From IMG/VR virus record IMGVR_UViG_2698536418_000010: a DNA stretch of 43,388 bases. One strand, 5' to 3'. The position numbers and the translations under genes were made by a program. Shown here piece by piece: positions 18,488 to 28,739 of this stretch (positions are counted from its first letter, which is position 1; the number at the start of each line of letters is the position of its first letter). Source of the DNA: a virus. Taxonomy: Duplodnaviria; Heunggongvirae; Uroviricota; Caudoviricetes. Below the pieces are notes generated by a model, which did not search any database, was not told where the DNA came from, and worked only from the letters and a program-made list of their open reading frames with translations.

Positions 18488-18964
18488 ATGCAGACACTTA
18501 ATTCCCAGCGTAAAGCTTTCCTTGATATGGTGGCATGGTCAGAAGGAACAGATAACGGACGGCAGAAAACCAGAAATCACGGTTATGATGTTATTGTCGG
18601 TGGCGAACTGTTCACTGATTACTCCGATCACCCCCGCAAACTTGTCACGCTAAATCCGAAACTCAAATCAACAGCCGCCGGACGTTACCAGCTTCTTTCT
18701 CGCTGGTGGGATGCCTACCGCAAGCAACTTGGCCTGAAAGATTATTCCCCAGAAAGTCAGGATGCTGTAGCGCTGCAGCAGATTAAAGAGCGTGGCGCTT
18801 TACCGATGATTGACCGTGGCGATATTCGTCAGGCAATCGACCGTTGCAGCAATATCTGGGCGTCGTTACCTGGTGCAGGTTACGGTCAGTATGAACATAG
18901 AATCGGTGACCTGATTTCCCGATTTAAAGAAGCTGGTGGGGTGGTAAATGAAGCTGAGATATAA
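18488..18964 (+). CDS. Endolysin, lambda R-type lytic transglycosylase
   Basis: …NQRKAFLDMVAWSEGTDNGRQKTRNHGYDVIVGGELFTDYSDHPRKLV… near-identical to recalled lambda R. Confidence 0.9.
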   Translation: MQTLNSQRKAFLDMVAWSEGTDNGRQKTRNHGYDVIVGGELFTDYSDHPRKLVTLNPKLKSTAAGRYQLLSRWWDAYRKQLGLKDYSPESQDAVALQQIKERGALPMIDRGDIRQAIDRCSNIWASLPGAGYGQYEHRIGDLISRFKEAGGVVNEAEI

Positions 18965-19340
18965 GCTGGTTATTGTTGCCTTCTTTGTTACCGTCATCGG
19001 TTCTTTTATCTGGTATGCCGGGCATTACTACAGCAAATATCAGTACGAAAAGGAGCGTGCTGATGAGGCTGTACGAAATGCTGAATCTGCAACAGCCATT
19101 ACCAGTAACGTCCTGCAATCACTGCAAATCATCAATACAGTTATAGAGGCTAACCAGCATGCAAAACAGCAGATCGCACTGGAGTCACAGAGAACCCAGG
19201 AAGATATCAAAGTGGCTGTTGCGGATGATGATTGCGCTGTTCGTATCGTTCCTTCTGGCGCAGTTAAGCGGTTGCACGAATACGCGAACGGTATACGTGT
19301 CGGTGCCGGTCGTTCCGTTACCAGCCAGTCTGACGGATGA
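18948..19340 (+). CDS. i-spanin Rz-like
   Basis: N-terminal TM, coiled-coil-like region; follows endolysin. Confidence 0.7.
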   Translation: MKLRYKLVIVAFFVTVIGSFIWYAGHYYSKYQYEKERADEAVRNAESATAITSNVLQSLQIINTVIEANQHAKQQIALESQRTQEDIKVAVADDDCAVRIVPSGAVKRLHEYANGIRVGAGRSVTSQSDG

Positions 19341-19503
19341 AACACCCCAGCCAGATTTACCCGACCCGTTTACGTGGGGAGCCAGCCTTAACCTGAATGT
19401 TGCGTTGCTGTCAGCGTTAGCACAGTGCAACAGGGATAAGGCCGATATCAGGACTTTTGAGAAAAACAGGGCAGCACAAACCAATGGCACGATTAAACGT
19501 TGA
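19225..19503 (+). CDS. o-spanin Rz1-like lipoprotein, overlapped arrangement
   Basis: Starts inside Rz in the +1 frame; lipobox LSGC; proline-rich. Confidence 0.6.
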   Translation: MMIALFVSFLLAQLSGCTNTRTVYVSVPVVPLPASLTDETPQPDLPDPFTWGASLNLNVALLSALAQCNRDKADIRTFEKNRAAQTNGTIKR

Positions 19504-19669
19504 AGTTATCCCACCAGACAGCGAAACGATGAACGGAATTTTTGCAGAGATTGAACGTAAATATGCGCATCAGCCGATGACGCAAAAAGTTATCGATGAA
19601 ATGCAACGCGAAGCGGCGCGCCTTGTAAGGCGAGCGACAAACACGAAGGTTACGTTTGTTCGGGACTGA
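19484..19669 (+). CDS. Hypothetical small protein
   Basis: ATG 19484 in track ORF; weak. Confidence 0.3.
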   Translation: MARLNVEVIPPDSETMNGIFAEIERKYAHQPMTQKVIDEMQREAARLVRRATNTKVTFVRD

Positions 19670-19726
19670 CATTACAGAAGCTCCTTTGATAAGGGGCTTC
19701 GATAATGTCACTAAGAGGAAAAATTC

Positions 19727-20476
19727 ATGGCAAAACCGGACTGGGAGGCCATCGAATCGGCATACCGGGCCGGAGTCCTTAGCCTCCGTGATATAGGCGA
19801 GAAATACGGCGTTACAGAAGGGGCTATCAGGAAGAGGGCCAAAAAGCTTGGTTGGGTACGCAGTGGCGGTACGCAGGTTTGCAAAAATGGTACGCAAAAA
19901 AGAAAAGTGCGTACCAGCAGAAAGCCTGCCATTACTGGCCTTACACAAAAAGGTACGCAACTAAAAACAGAACCTACACTGGATACGAAACCGATACGCG
20001 GAATGCGTACCGATCCCCCGACTAACCCATTCCAACCCGGTAACCAGCAGGCATTAAAACACGGTGGTTATGCCCGTCGCCTTCTGCTCAAAGATGAGGT
20101 GATAGAGGACGCTAAAGCGTTGACGCTCGAGGACGAATTATTTCGCCTTCGTGCTAACAACCTTGTCGCTGCAGAGAATATTGGTCGGTGGCTGGTGTCG
20201 CTGGAAGATGCTAGTGGGGACCAGGAAAGGAAGATGCTGATGGAAAATATCAGCGCCGCCGAGAAAGCAATGATGCGCAATACAGTTCGTATTGAGTCCA
20301 TCGTTGGCACGCTTGCGACGGTAGGAAAGATATTTGCTGATACAGCCTACCGCAAGGCCGCCACTGATAAGGTGTCTCTGGAGGCTGATCGTCTTCGCCG
20401 TGATGCAGGTATTGATGATGGCAATGGAGAGCGTGACCTCAATGACTTCTACTCTGACATCCAAACCGACGCTTAA
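19727..20476 (+). CDS. Terminase small subunit (N-terminal HTH)
   Basis: AAGAGG RBS; N-terminal HTH-like region; upstream of large terminase. Confidence 0.8.
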   Translation: MAKPDWEAIESAYRAGVLSLRDIGEKYGVTEGAIRKRAKKLGWVRSGGTQVCKNGTQKRKVRTSRKPAITGLTQKGTQLKTEPTLDTKPIRGMRTDPPTNPFQPGNQQALKHGGYARRLLLKDEVIEDAKALTLEDELFRLRANNLVAAENIGRWLVSLEDASGDQERKMLMENISAAEKAMMRNTVRIESIVGTLATVGKIFADTAYRKAATDKVSLEADRLRRDAGIDDGNGERDLNDFYSDIQTDA

Positions 20477-21845
20477 TCCGGCTTTACGTAGTTTCTGGAC
20501 TACGCGGGCACGTAACAAAGTGCTTTATGGTGGCCGGTCATCGTCAAAATCATGGGATGCCGCTGGCATTGCCATATTTCTGTCGAATAAATACACCCTG
20601 CGTTTTTGTTGTGCCCGCCAGATCCAGAATAAAATCGAAGAGTCGGTGTATACCCTGCTCAAAATTCAGATAGACAGGTTTGGCCTGCGGCACCGTTTCC
20701 GTATTCTGAACAACAAAATCATTAACCGGGTTACAGGCTCGGAATTTGTTTTTTATGGATTATGGCGCAACATCGAAGAAATTAAGTCACTGGAGGGGAT
20801 CGATGTGTTGTGGCTGGAAGAAGCCCACGCACTGACGGAATACCAGTGGAAAATTCTGGAGCCAACGATCCGTAAAGAGGGGTCGGAATGCTGGTTCATA
20901 TTCAACCCCGGACTTGTTACTGATTTCGTCTGGCGCAACTTCGTTGTTGATCCGCCCGAAGGCACTCTCATCCGCAAAATTAACTATGACGAAAATCCGT
21001 TTCTGTCTGACACCATGCTTAAGGTTATCGACGCGGCGCGACGCCGTGATCCGGATGGTTTTAAACATGTGTATGAGGGCGTTCCGGAGTCTGATGATGA
21101 TGCGGCAATCATCAAACTGTCCTGGATAGAAGCCGCAGTGGATGCGCACAAAACGTTAAATTTCGAACCCAGTGGAAGAAAGCGTATTGGCTTTGACGTG
21201 GCTGACAGTGGTACAGATAAGTGCGCTAACGTTTACCGTCACGGATCCGTTGTTTTCTGGGCCGACGAATGGAAGGCCAAAGAAGATGAATTACTGAAGA
21301 GCTGCCAGCGTACTTATCAGGCGGCGCTGGAGCGTGAAGCAGATATTGTTTACGACTCTATCGGTGTTGGTGCGTCTGCCGGTGCTAAATTCTCTGAAAT
21401 TAACGCTGACCGGAAGAGCGAGAATGCATACGCGAGACGTGTGAATTACCAGAGGTTTAACGCCAGTGCTGGTGTGCATGAGCCAGATGACGAATACAAC
21501 GGCATCCCCAACAAAGACTTTTTCGCAAATCTTAAGGCTCAGGCATGGTGGCTGGTGGCTGACCGTTTCAGAAATACGTTTAACGCCATTAACAACGGAG
21601 AACAGTATCCTGTGGATGAGCTGATCAGCATAGATTCTCGTTGTCCGTTGCTTGAAAAGCTGAAACTGGAACTGACAACACCTCATCGCGATTTTGACCG
21701 TAACGGACGTGTGATGGTCGAAAGTAAAAAAGACCTCGCAAAACGCGAGATACCGTCACCAAACGTTGCTGACGCATTCATTATGGCCTTCGCGCCAATT
21801 GATACATCGCTGGATATCTGGGAACAGCTGGGGAGACAGGCCTGA
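20442..21845 (+). CDS. Terminase large subunit (start uncertain: 20415, 20424 or 20442)
   Basis: 467-476 aa ORF with ATPase and nuclease-like regions; overlaps TerS end. Confidence 0.85.
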   Translation: MTSTLTSKPTLNPALRSFWTTRARNKVLYGGRSSSKSWDAAGIAIFLSNKYTLRFCCARQIQNKIEESVYTLLKIQIDRFGLRHRFRILNNKIINRVTGSEFVFYGLWRNIEEIKSLEGIDVLWLEEAHALTEYQWKILEPTIRKEGSECWFIFNPGLVTDFVWRNFVVDPPEGTLIRKINYDENPFLSDTMLKVIDAARRRDPDGFKHVYEGVPESDDDAAIIKLSWIEAAVDAHKTLNFEPSGRKRIGFDVADSGTDKCANVYRHGSVVFWADEWKAKEDELLKSCQRTYQAALEREADIVYDSIGVGASAGAKFSEINADRKSENAYARRVNYQRFNASAGVHEPDDEYNGIPNKDFFANLKAQAWWLVADRFRNTFNAINNGEQYPVDELISIDSRCPLLEKLKLELTTPHRDFDRNGRVMVESKKDLAKREIPSPNVADAFIMAFAPIDTSLDIWEQLGRQA

Positions 21846-23311
21846 TGGCACGAAACAAACAAGCCCTGCGGCGAACTGCGCAGGCCACAGCTGATGGTTA
21901 TGAGAATTTTATTGCCCGCGTAGGGATGCAGACATCTAACCAGCACTCAGCATCCACCTACCGGGCTAATTTCACCAGTCGTAACCGCATGCTGGTGGAA
22001 TGGTCCTATCGTTCGTCCTGGATCATCGGCGAAGCGGTCGATGCTATCCCGGATGATATGACCCGCAAAGGCATTCGCATCACGTCGGAAATTGATGCAA
22101 AAGATCGTGGCATTCTCGAATCACAACTGGATGAGTTGCAAATCTGGGATGCGCTGAATGACGTGCTGAAATGGTCGCGCCTCTACGGCGGCGCGGTGGG
22201 TTTCATCATGATTGAGGGGCAGGCACCAATGACCCCGCTGCGACCCGAAACCATCGGTAAGGGCAAGTTTAAGGGGATTCTCCCGCTTGACCGCTGGATG
22301 ATCGACCCGGTACTGACCCGCCGCATTAAAGATATGGGGCCGGACCTGGGTAAACCTGAGTTTTACGATGTGGTGACCACAGCAACGGGAATTCCTGCCT
22401 GGCGCATTCATCACAGTCGCCTGATTCGCTTTGATGGCGTCACGCTGCCATTTCAGCAGAAGATGACCGAGAACGAATGGGGAATGTCGGTTGTAGAGCG
22501 TATCTGGGATCGTCTTACCGCGTTCGACAGCGCTACTGTCGGCGCGGCGCAGCTGGTCTACAAAGCGCATTTGCGTACCTACAGCGTGGAGAAACTACGC
22601 GAGCTTATCGCACTTGGTGGTCCTGCGTATGAAGCGTTGCTGAAGAATATTGACCTGATTCGACAGTTCCAGAGCAATGAAGGCATGACTCTCATGGACT
22701 CGCGGGATAAGTTTGAAACCCATCAGTACAGCTTCAGTGGTCTGGATGACATCCTTTCACAGTTTGCAGAACAGATTAGTGGCGCTGTTGGTATCCCACT
22801 GGTGCGGTTGTTCGGACAGTCACCGAAGGGATTTTCTACCGGCGATGCAGACCTTGCCAACTATTACGACCGGGTAAGCTCGTTGCAGGAGAGGCGTTTA
22901 CGTCTTCCGGTGCGGCGGATACTGGACATCATGCATCGTTCGGAACTTGGCAAGCCGCTCCCGGATGATTTCACGTTTGAGTTTAACCCGCTCTGGCAAA
23001 TGTCTGATGTCGATCGTTCAACGGTGGCGTTAAATACCACCAACGCAATCAGTACAGCGCTGGGTGATGGTCTGATGACACTGAAAGCCGCTATGACTGA
23101 TTTGCGCGAAAATTCTGACGTAACCGGCATCGGGGCATCCATTACCGACGAGGACATAGAGAATGCCGAAGACGAAGCGCCGCCCGGCATCGGCGAACCT
23201 GATGACGAACCGCAGGAACCGTCAGGCGGAAATCCGGTATCGAACCAGTCTACGCAGGATAGCGCGGGCGGTCGGGGACATCGTAAATGGTCGCTACGAT
23301 GGTTCAAATGA
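21845..23311 (+). CDS. Portal protein
   Basis: 488 aa, directly after TerL (ATGA overlap). Confidence 0.8.
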   Translation: MARNKQALRRTAQATADGYENFIARVGMQTSNQHSASTYRANFTSRNRMLVEWSYRSSWIIGEAVDAIPDDMTRKGIRITSEIDAKDRGILESQLDELQIWDALNDVLKWSRLYGGAVGFIMIEGQAPMTPLRPETIGKGKFKGILPLDRWMIDPVLTRRIKDMGPDLGKPEFYDVVTTATGIPAWRIHHSRLIRFDGVTLPFQQKMTENEWGMSVVERIWDRLTAFDSATVGAAQLVYKAHLRTYSVEKLRELIALGGPAYEALLKNIDLIRQFQSNEGMTLMDSRDKFETHQYSFSGLDDILSQFAEQISGAVGIPLVRLFGQSPKGFSTGDADLANYYDRVSSLQERRLRLPVRRILDIMHRSELGKPLPDDFTFEFNPLWQMSDVDRSTVALNTTNAISTALGDGLMTLKAAMTDLRENSDVTGIGASITDEDIENAEDEAPPGIGEPDDEPQEPSGGNPVSNQSTQDSAGGRGHRKWSLRWFK

Positions 23312-23936
23312 CAGTATCACGGAAATTATTGAGGCGCTGGAACGCTACAGTGAAATCATCACCCCCTGGGCGACAAAGGTCGCGGAAAACTTTACCGCCG
23401 ACATTGTGCGCAAGAATGATGAGCAGTGGCGTAAACACAGCAAAACCATCAGCCGTGAGCTACGCAATCTGGTAAACAGTGCCCCTCCAGGGCAGGTGAT
23501 GAAATCCATCGTTGCTGAACAGGTTAAGTACATCAAATCGCTACCCCTCGAGGCGGCTGACAGGGTGTACGACATCCAGAATCGGGCGATAGAAGCTGTT
23601 GTTACCGGTGGGAGAGCGGAACATTTTGCTAAAGAAATAGCCGCATCGGGTGATATAGCAAAGTCCAGAGCTGACCTGATTGCCCGTACTGAACTTGGAC
23701 GTGCAACCGGAGCGCTGGATCAGGCGCGTGCGCTGTCAATTGGTTCGAATGGTTATATCTGGCGTACAGCCGAAGATGGTGACGTCAGGCATTCTCATCA
23801 GGAAATGGAAGGTAAATTTGTCGAATGGGGTAAACCTCCAACGCTTGACGGCATGACAGGTCATGCTGGCGAGCTCCCGAATTGTCGCTGTTATAAAGAA
23901 ATCGTTTTTCCCACCTCCCAATCTTATCCCGCCTGA
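23163..23936 (+). CDS. Head morphogenesis protein (Mu F / SPP1 gp7 family); start uncertain (23163 or 23202)
   Basis: Conserved position after portal; overlaps portal 3' end by over 100 nt. Confidence 0.7.
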   Translation: MPKTKRRPASANLMTNRRNRQAEIRYRTSLRRIARAVGDIVNGRYDGSNDSITEIIEALERYSEIITPWATKVAENFTADIVRKNDEQWRKHSKTISRELRNLVNSAPPGQVMKSIVAEQVKYIKSLPLEAADRVYDIQNRAIEAVVTGGRAEHFAKEIAASGDIAKSRADLIARTELGRATGALDQARALSIGSNGYIWRTAEDGDVRHSHQEMEGKFVEWGKPPTLDGMTGHAGELPNCRCYKEIVFPTSQSYPA

Positions 23937-23950
23937 ATCGCAGGTAACCC

Positions 23951-25171
23951 ATGAAATATTTTTTCAATACCCGGCTGGGAGAAACCCGCTACCAGCTGGC
24001 TGACGGCTCGTTGCTGTGCAAAGACGTGCCGATAGGACGAACAGGTAAGCAGCTCTATGGTGCTGATGACCTGCCAAAACTGAAACCCGATAAGTTCGGT
24101 GAAATAGTCGTCACACGTTCTCCTGAGCAGGTATTCCATCCGGCCACGCTTGCCTCATTCGAAGGGATGAGCATCACGATCCTGCATCCTGAAGATGAAA
24201 ACGGGAATGTGCGGCTGGTAAATCCCGAGAACTGGAAAGAGCTTGCTGTCGGGCACCTCCAGAATGTCCGGCGCGGGACGGGTGAGCAGTCTGATTTGAT
24301 GCTGGCTGACCTTATCGTCAAAGACGAAAACGCCATTCAGCTTATCGAAGATGGCCTGCGTGAAGTGTCGTGCGGCTATGACGCGGAGTACGAGCAGACC
24401 GAGCCAGGTAAAGCCGAGCAGGTCGATATTACCGGAAACCATGTGGCTCTTGTCCCCAAAGGCAGAGCCGGAAATCGTTGTGCAATTGGAGACAGAGACA
24501 CAATGGCAAATCAAAAGAAAAACTGGTGGAACCGCATGCGCGCAGCCATCAAGACAGGAGATGCCGACACCATGAACGAACTGGTGGAGTCGGCTCCCGC
24601 ATCGGTTACAGGAGATGAGGGGGATTTGCCGCAGGGCGTTAATCTCAACATCAACCTGTCCCCGCAGCAACCACTACCGGACAAAGCACCAGAGATGGGT
24701 GGAGGTCCAACCGGCGACAGTGATGATGACCTCAAAACATTACTGAAAGCCCTGCTGGCTAAGCTGGAAGGAAATGCCACGGGCGATAACGATAATAAGC
24801 CTGACGATAATCCGACCGGTGACGGCGAGGACGATGAAGAGGAAACCACGATTACTGGTGACTCAGCCTGGCGTGCCGAAGTTATCGTTCCGGGTATCGA
24901 TCTGAGCCGTAAGATGAAACCGACCGAGTTCAAACGCGAGGTTCTGGCTTCCGCAGATAAAACGCTGGTTCGCCAGATCGTCGGTGATGCGGATATCCGC
25001 AAATTGCCGAAACAATCGGTCGACATGGCGTTTAATGCCGTGTCTGAGATTGCCAAAGGGCGAAACACCCGCGCCACCACCGGCGATGCACAGCGCCTAA
25101 ACATGGGCATGACCAGTATCGCTTCCCTGAACAAACAAAACGCTGAATTCTGGGCAAACCGTAAAGGGTAA
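23951..25171 (+). CDS. Putative scaffold/prohead protein with acidic low-complexity region
   Basis: 406 aa, D/E-rich middle region, position before capsid genes. Confidence 0.65.
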   Translation: MKYFFNTRLGETRYQLADGSLLCKDVPIGRTGKQLYGADDLPKLKPDKFGEIVVTRSPEQVFHPATLASFEGMSITILHPEDENGNVRLVNPENWKELAVGHLQNVRRGTGEQSDLMLADLIVKDENAIQLIEDGLREVSCGYDAEYEQTEPGKAEQVDITGNHVALVPKGRAGNRCAIGDRDTMANQKKNWWNRMRAAIKTGDADTMNELVESAPASVTGDEGDLPQGVNLNINLSPQQPLPDKAPEMGGGPTGDSDDDLKTLLKALLAKLEGNATGDNDNKPDDNPTGDGEDDEEETTITGDSAWRAEVIVPGIDLSRKMKPTEFKREVLASADKTLVRQIVGDADIRKLPKQSVDMAFNAVSEIAKGRNTRATTGDAQRLNMGMTSIASLNKQNAEFWANRKG

Positions 25172-25174
25172 AAA

Positions 25175-25681
25175 ATGAATAATGTATTTCTGTACCGGAT
25201 GCCTGTTGGCATTGCCGGGGCTGTCTCTCGCCCGCAGGACTTAACCGTCGAACCGGTGGTCCTTAAATCCGATAACGCCTTCGCTGCCTATGGCCTGGCT
25301 GGTAAATACGATGATGACGGTTTTTTCGTGCCGCTGGCAGATGGTGATACCGCAGACAAGGTGAAGGGGATCTACGTGCGCCCTTATCCGACCACGTCGC
25401 AGCCGGACATGGTTCGCCAGGTGGGAACAGGCAAGAACTTCCCGGGCGACGCCATGAAGCGTGGCTACGTGACCGTTAATCTCGGTTCTGATTTTGATGC
25501 CAGCACCATCAAAAAAGGCGACCCGGTATACGTTGTCGTCTCCACTGATGCATCCATCAAAGTGCCGCTGGGTGGATTCATGGCCACGTCAGTCAGTGGC
25601 AAAAACGTGGTGCTGACCAACGCTGAATTCACAGGTGCCGGTGATGCTAACGGCAATGCAGAAATTTCCTGGAAGATTTAA
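25175..25681 (+). CDS. Head structural/decoration protein
   Basis: 168 aa ORF between scaffold-like and capsid genes. Confidence 0.6.
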   Translation: MNNVFLYRMPVGIAGAVSRPQDLTVEPVVLKSDNAFAAYGLAGKYDDDGFFVPLADGDTADKVKGIYVRPYPTTSQPDMVRQVGTGKNFPGDAMKRGYVTVNLGSDFDASTIKKGDPVYVVVSTDASIKVPLGGFMATSVSGKNVVLTNAEFTGAGDANGNAEISWKI

Positions 25682-25692
25682 GGAACAGACGA

Positions 25693-26634
25693 ATGATTAC
25701 TTTTGATCAGGCAACCGTTGACAGCTCTGGTGCCTTTCTCATCGGGGAGCTGGAACGACTCGACCAGACGCTGAACCTGCCACTGGTGGGGTACACCTGG
25801 ACCCGCGATATCCAACTGCGTGAAGATGTCTCCATCGCAGATGACATTTCCAGCTGGACGAATACCAGCTTCGCCGCTGCGGGTACTGGCGCAAATCCGA
25901 ATGGCAAAAACTGGGTAGGCAAAGACTCAACCGCTATTGCTGGCGTGAACGTGGATATCGGCAAATCCGGTAACCCGCTGAACCTGTGGGGGATGGAACT
26001 TGGCTGGACGGTCATAGAATTGCAGGCTGCTCAGCAGGTCGGACGCCCGATTGATACGCAGAAGTATGACGGGATGCAACTGAAATGGCAGATGGATAAC
26101 GATGAACAGGTATATGTTGGCGATTCAGCATTAAACCTGAAAGGCCTTGTTACCCTGGACGGCGTGCCTGTCAACAACGCTGCCAAAACGTGGGCAACCT
26201 CAACACCGGACGAAATCCGCGCAAGCATTAACCAGGTGCTGTCTGATGCGTGGGCCGCTTCCGGTTACTCTGTGGTTCCGAGTGATTTGCTGATCCCACC
26301 TGAGCAGTTTGCTCTGTTGTCCAGCATCATCGTTTCATCTGCGGGTAACCAGTCCCTGTTGACGTACCTTCAGACCAACACCATCAGCTATCACCAGAAC
26401 GGTGTTCCGCTGAATATCCGCGCGGTTAAATGGCTGAAAGGCCGTGGTGTGGGGAAAAAGGATCGCATGGTTGCGTATACCAACGATAAAAAATACGTCC
26501 GCTACCCGCTGGTTCCGCTTCAGAGCGTGCCGGTGCAGTATCGCAGTCTGTATCAGATCGTCACTTACTACGGCAAGCTGGGTGCGGTTGAGCCAGTGTA
26601 CAAAGAAACCATTTCGTACGTTGATGGCATTTAA
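25693..26634 (+). CDS. Major capsid protein
   Basis: 313 aa, AAGGA RBS, position in head module. Confidence 0.8.
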   Translation: MITFDQATVDSSGAFLIGELERLDQTLNLPLVGYTWTRDIQLREDVSIADDISSWTNTSFAAAGTGANPNGKNWVGKDSTAIAGVNVDIGKSGNPLNLWGMELGWTVIELQAAQQVGRPIDTQKYDGMQLKWQMDNDEQVYVGDSALNLKGLVTLDGVPVNNAAKTWATSTPDEIRASINQVLSDAWAASGYSVVPSDLLIPPEQFALLSSIIVSSAGNQSLLTYLQTNTISYHQNGVPLNIRAVKWLKGRGVGKKDRMVAYTNDKKYVRYPLVPLQSVPVQYRSLYQIVTYYGKLGAVEPVYKETISYVDGI

Positions 26635-26676
26635 CAGCCACATGGCCCCCTGGCGGGGGCCATTAAGGATGACCCG

Positions 26677-26898
26677 ATGGCAAAAAATAATGCAGTAATA
26701 CACGTACATACCCCGTTTGTGCTCACGCTTCCCGACGGTTCACGGCGCGAGTTTGTTAAAGGCCGTCATGCTGTGGAGGAAGAAGTTGCCACGCACTGGT
26801 TCACTCGTGCGCACGCGGAGGTATCCGTTGGCAAAGCCACAGACGCGCGTAACGAGGTAAAAAATGCCAAAGAATCAAAGTCTGCCAGCGGTAAGTGA
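26677..26898 (+). CDS. Small hypothetical head-module protein
   Basis: ORF in operon context. Confidence 0.5.
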   Translation: MAKNNAVIHVHTPFVLTLPDGSRREFVKGRHAVEEEVATHWFTRAHAEVSVGKATDARNEVKNAKESKSASGK

Positions 26899-27271
26899 TT
26901 TTCGCCGCGACTTCCCGCAGTTTGCTGACCCTGCCAAATATCCCGAAGCGCAAATCCAGTTTCGTCTGAATCTGGCCGATGAACTGCTGAGCGAAAACGT
27001 CACCGGAAAAAAGTTGTTTCCGTACTTTGCCGGGTTGTTCGTTGCGCACTACATGACGCTCTGGGCGGCAGACAGCCGGGCGATGCTGGCTGGTGGTCCG
27101 GGCGGTTCAACCAATGGTGTTCAGTCCTCAAAGTCCGTGGATAAGGTAAGCGTCAGTTATGACACCAGCGCGACGCTGAATCCTGATGCAGGTTTCTGGA
27201 ATAACACCCGATATGGCGCTGAATTTTATCAGTTGATCACGATGTTCGGTGCAGGCGGTCGCCAGCTATGA
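26864..27271 (+). CDS. Head-tail connector/completion protein
   Basis: Operon position. Confidence 0.6.
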   Translation: MPKNQSLPAVSDFRRDFPQFADPAKYPEAQIQFRLNLADELLSENVTGKKLFPYFAGLFVAHYMTLWAADSRAMLAGGPGGSTNGVQSSKSVDKVSVSYDTSATLNPDAGFWNNTRYGAEFYQLITMFGAGGRQL

Positions 27272-27822
27272 GTTTCAAAAGCGGTGTAACAACGAGGGTG
27301 GATAACGCTCAGGCCATTCTGGATGCGCTCAGGTCGTTAACCAAAAAAGATGTGCTGGTCGGCATCCCTTCGGAAGACAGCGAGCGGGATGATGTTCCGT
27401 TTGGTAATGCGGGCATCGGTTACCTCAACGAATACGGCTCACCGGCGCAAAACATCCCGCCACGACCTCACCTGGTCCCCGGCGTTAAATCGGTAGAAGA
27501 ACAGACAGTGCCGCAGCTCAAAGCAGCGGCGCAGGCTGCGCTTGATGGTAATGCGGCGGGTGCGGAAAGAGCGCTCAACCGTGCCGGAACGCTGGCCGCT
27601 AATGGCGTCAGGCGTTACATGACCATTACCGGCTTTACGCCGCTTGCTGACAGTACTGTTGAAGCCCGGGCTCGTCGGGGGCGCAAGGGGGCAACACTGG
27701 AACTTACCCGGCGTGCTGCTGGCGAATCCCCGGGAACCGAACTGGCGAAACCATTAATTGACACCGGGCAATATCGCAGAGCGATTACCCATGTAGTGAG
27801 GGATAAAGATGCCGACTCTTGA
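27268..27822 (+). CDS. Head-tail adaptor-like protein
   Basis: Operon position, overlapping stop/start. Confidence 0.6.
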   Translation: MSFKSGVTTRVDNAQAILDALRSLTKKDVLVGIPSEDSERDDVPFGNAGIGYLNEYGSPAQNIPPRPHLVPGVKSVEEQTVPQLKAAAQAALDGNAAGAERALNRAGTLAANGVRRYMTITGFTPLADSTVEARARRGRKGATLELTRRAAGESPGTELAKPLIDTGQYRRAITHVVRDKDADS

Positions 27823-28198
27823 TGTAACAGATGTGCTTTTTGACCCCGATTTTTGCGACTTCAATTTGTGGGTAACACGCCGAGTGCAAACGGTTGATGA
27901 GGACGGGATCGGCAGCGACAGTGAAGTTAAAAAGCAGTTTGCCGGAGTCGTAACTGTTGATCGCTCTCTGGAAAACCGCCGTATGCAGGCAGGGCAGGTA
28001 ATCAGCGGTGCAATTCTGATTGTGACGACTGAGCGACTGACACAGGGACAGACTGGCCGTGATGCCGATATCGTGACGTATCAGGGTCGTGATTATCGTG
28101 TGACCTTCGTCGACCCGTATACAGCTTATGGGGCCGGATTCGTTCAGGCGCATTGTGAGTTGATGCCGTTTGATGGGGGAACTCCGGTTGAGCAATAA
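27809..28198 (+). CDS. Neck/tail completion protein
   Basis: Operon position. Confidence 0.6.
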   Translation: MPTLDVTDVLFDPDFCDFNLWVTRRVQTVDEDGIGSDSEVKKQFAGVVTVDRSLENRRMQAGQVISGAILIVTTERLTQGQTGRDADIVTYQGRDYRVTFVDPYTAYGAGFVQAHCELMPFDGGTPVEQ

Positions 28199-28736
28199 CA
28201 CCAGTACAGAGCGCGGATGGTTAATACCAACCAGTGGCGATCCGGATTATGACGAAGCGCTCGACAGGCTGTTAAGCCAGTGGATGCGTAACGTTTCCGG
28301 CCTGTCTGCCGGGATGGTTCGCCCGCGCTGGCAGAAAGAGCAGCCGCCACTGCTACCGGTTGAAACGAACTGGTGTGCGTTTGGGGTTATCGGATGGTCA
28401 GGTGATGACAGTCCGGCATTCACCAGACAGACCGATAATGGCTCTCAGCTCTGGCGGCATGAAACGATTGAGTGTATGGCTTCGTTTTATGGACCGGCGG
28501 GGATGGTGTATGCGTCCCGGTTTCGTGACGGTATATCTGTGCCGCAGAACAATGCAGCACTGAATGCGCTGGGGCTGTCTCTTGGCGATTACACAGGTTT
28601 GACTCCCTTCCCTGAACTTATTAATCAGCAATGGGTCCGCCGCTACGATATGACGGTGCGCCTGCGCCGGAAGGTTGTGCGCGAGTACGGTATTAAATCG
28701 CTGGTGGAAGCACCAGTCATCTTTTTCGGAGATTAA
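28173..28736 (+). CDS. Tail structural protein
   Basis: ATG at 28173 (track uses TTG at 28170). Confidence 0.6.
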   Translation: MGELRLSNNTSTERGWLIPTSGDPDYDEALDRLLSQWMRNVSGLSAGMVRPRWQKEQPPLLPVETNWCAFGVIGWSGDDSPAFTRQTDNGSQLWRHETIECMASFYGPAGMVYASRFRDGISVPQNNAALNALGLSLGDYTGLTPFPELINQQWVRRYDMTVRLRRKVVREYGIKSLVEAPVIFFGD

Positions 28737-28739
28737 GCT

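Noticed and set aside
18948-19503. Rz as a frameshifted pseudogene because Rz1 extends beyond the Rz stop
   Set aside because: An overlapped (not embedded) Rz/Rz1 arrangement is a known spanin layout, as in P2 LysB/LysC, so no frameshift needs to be invoked.
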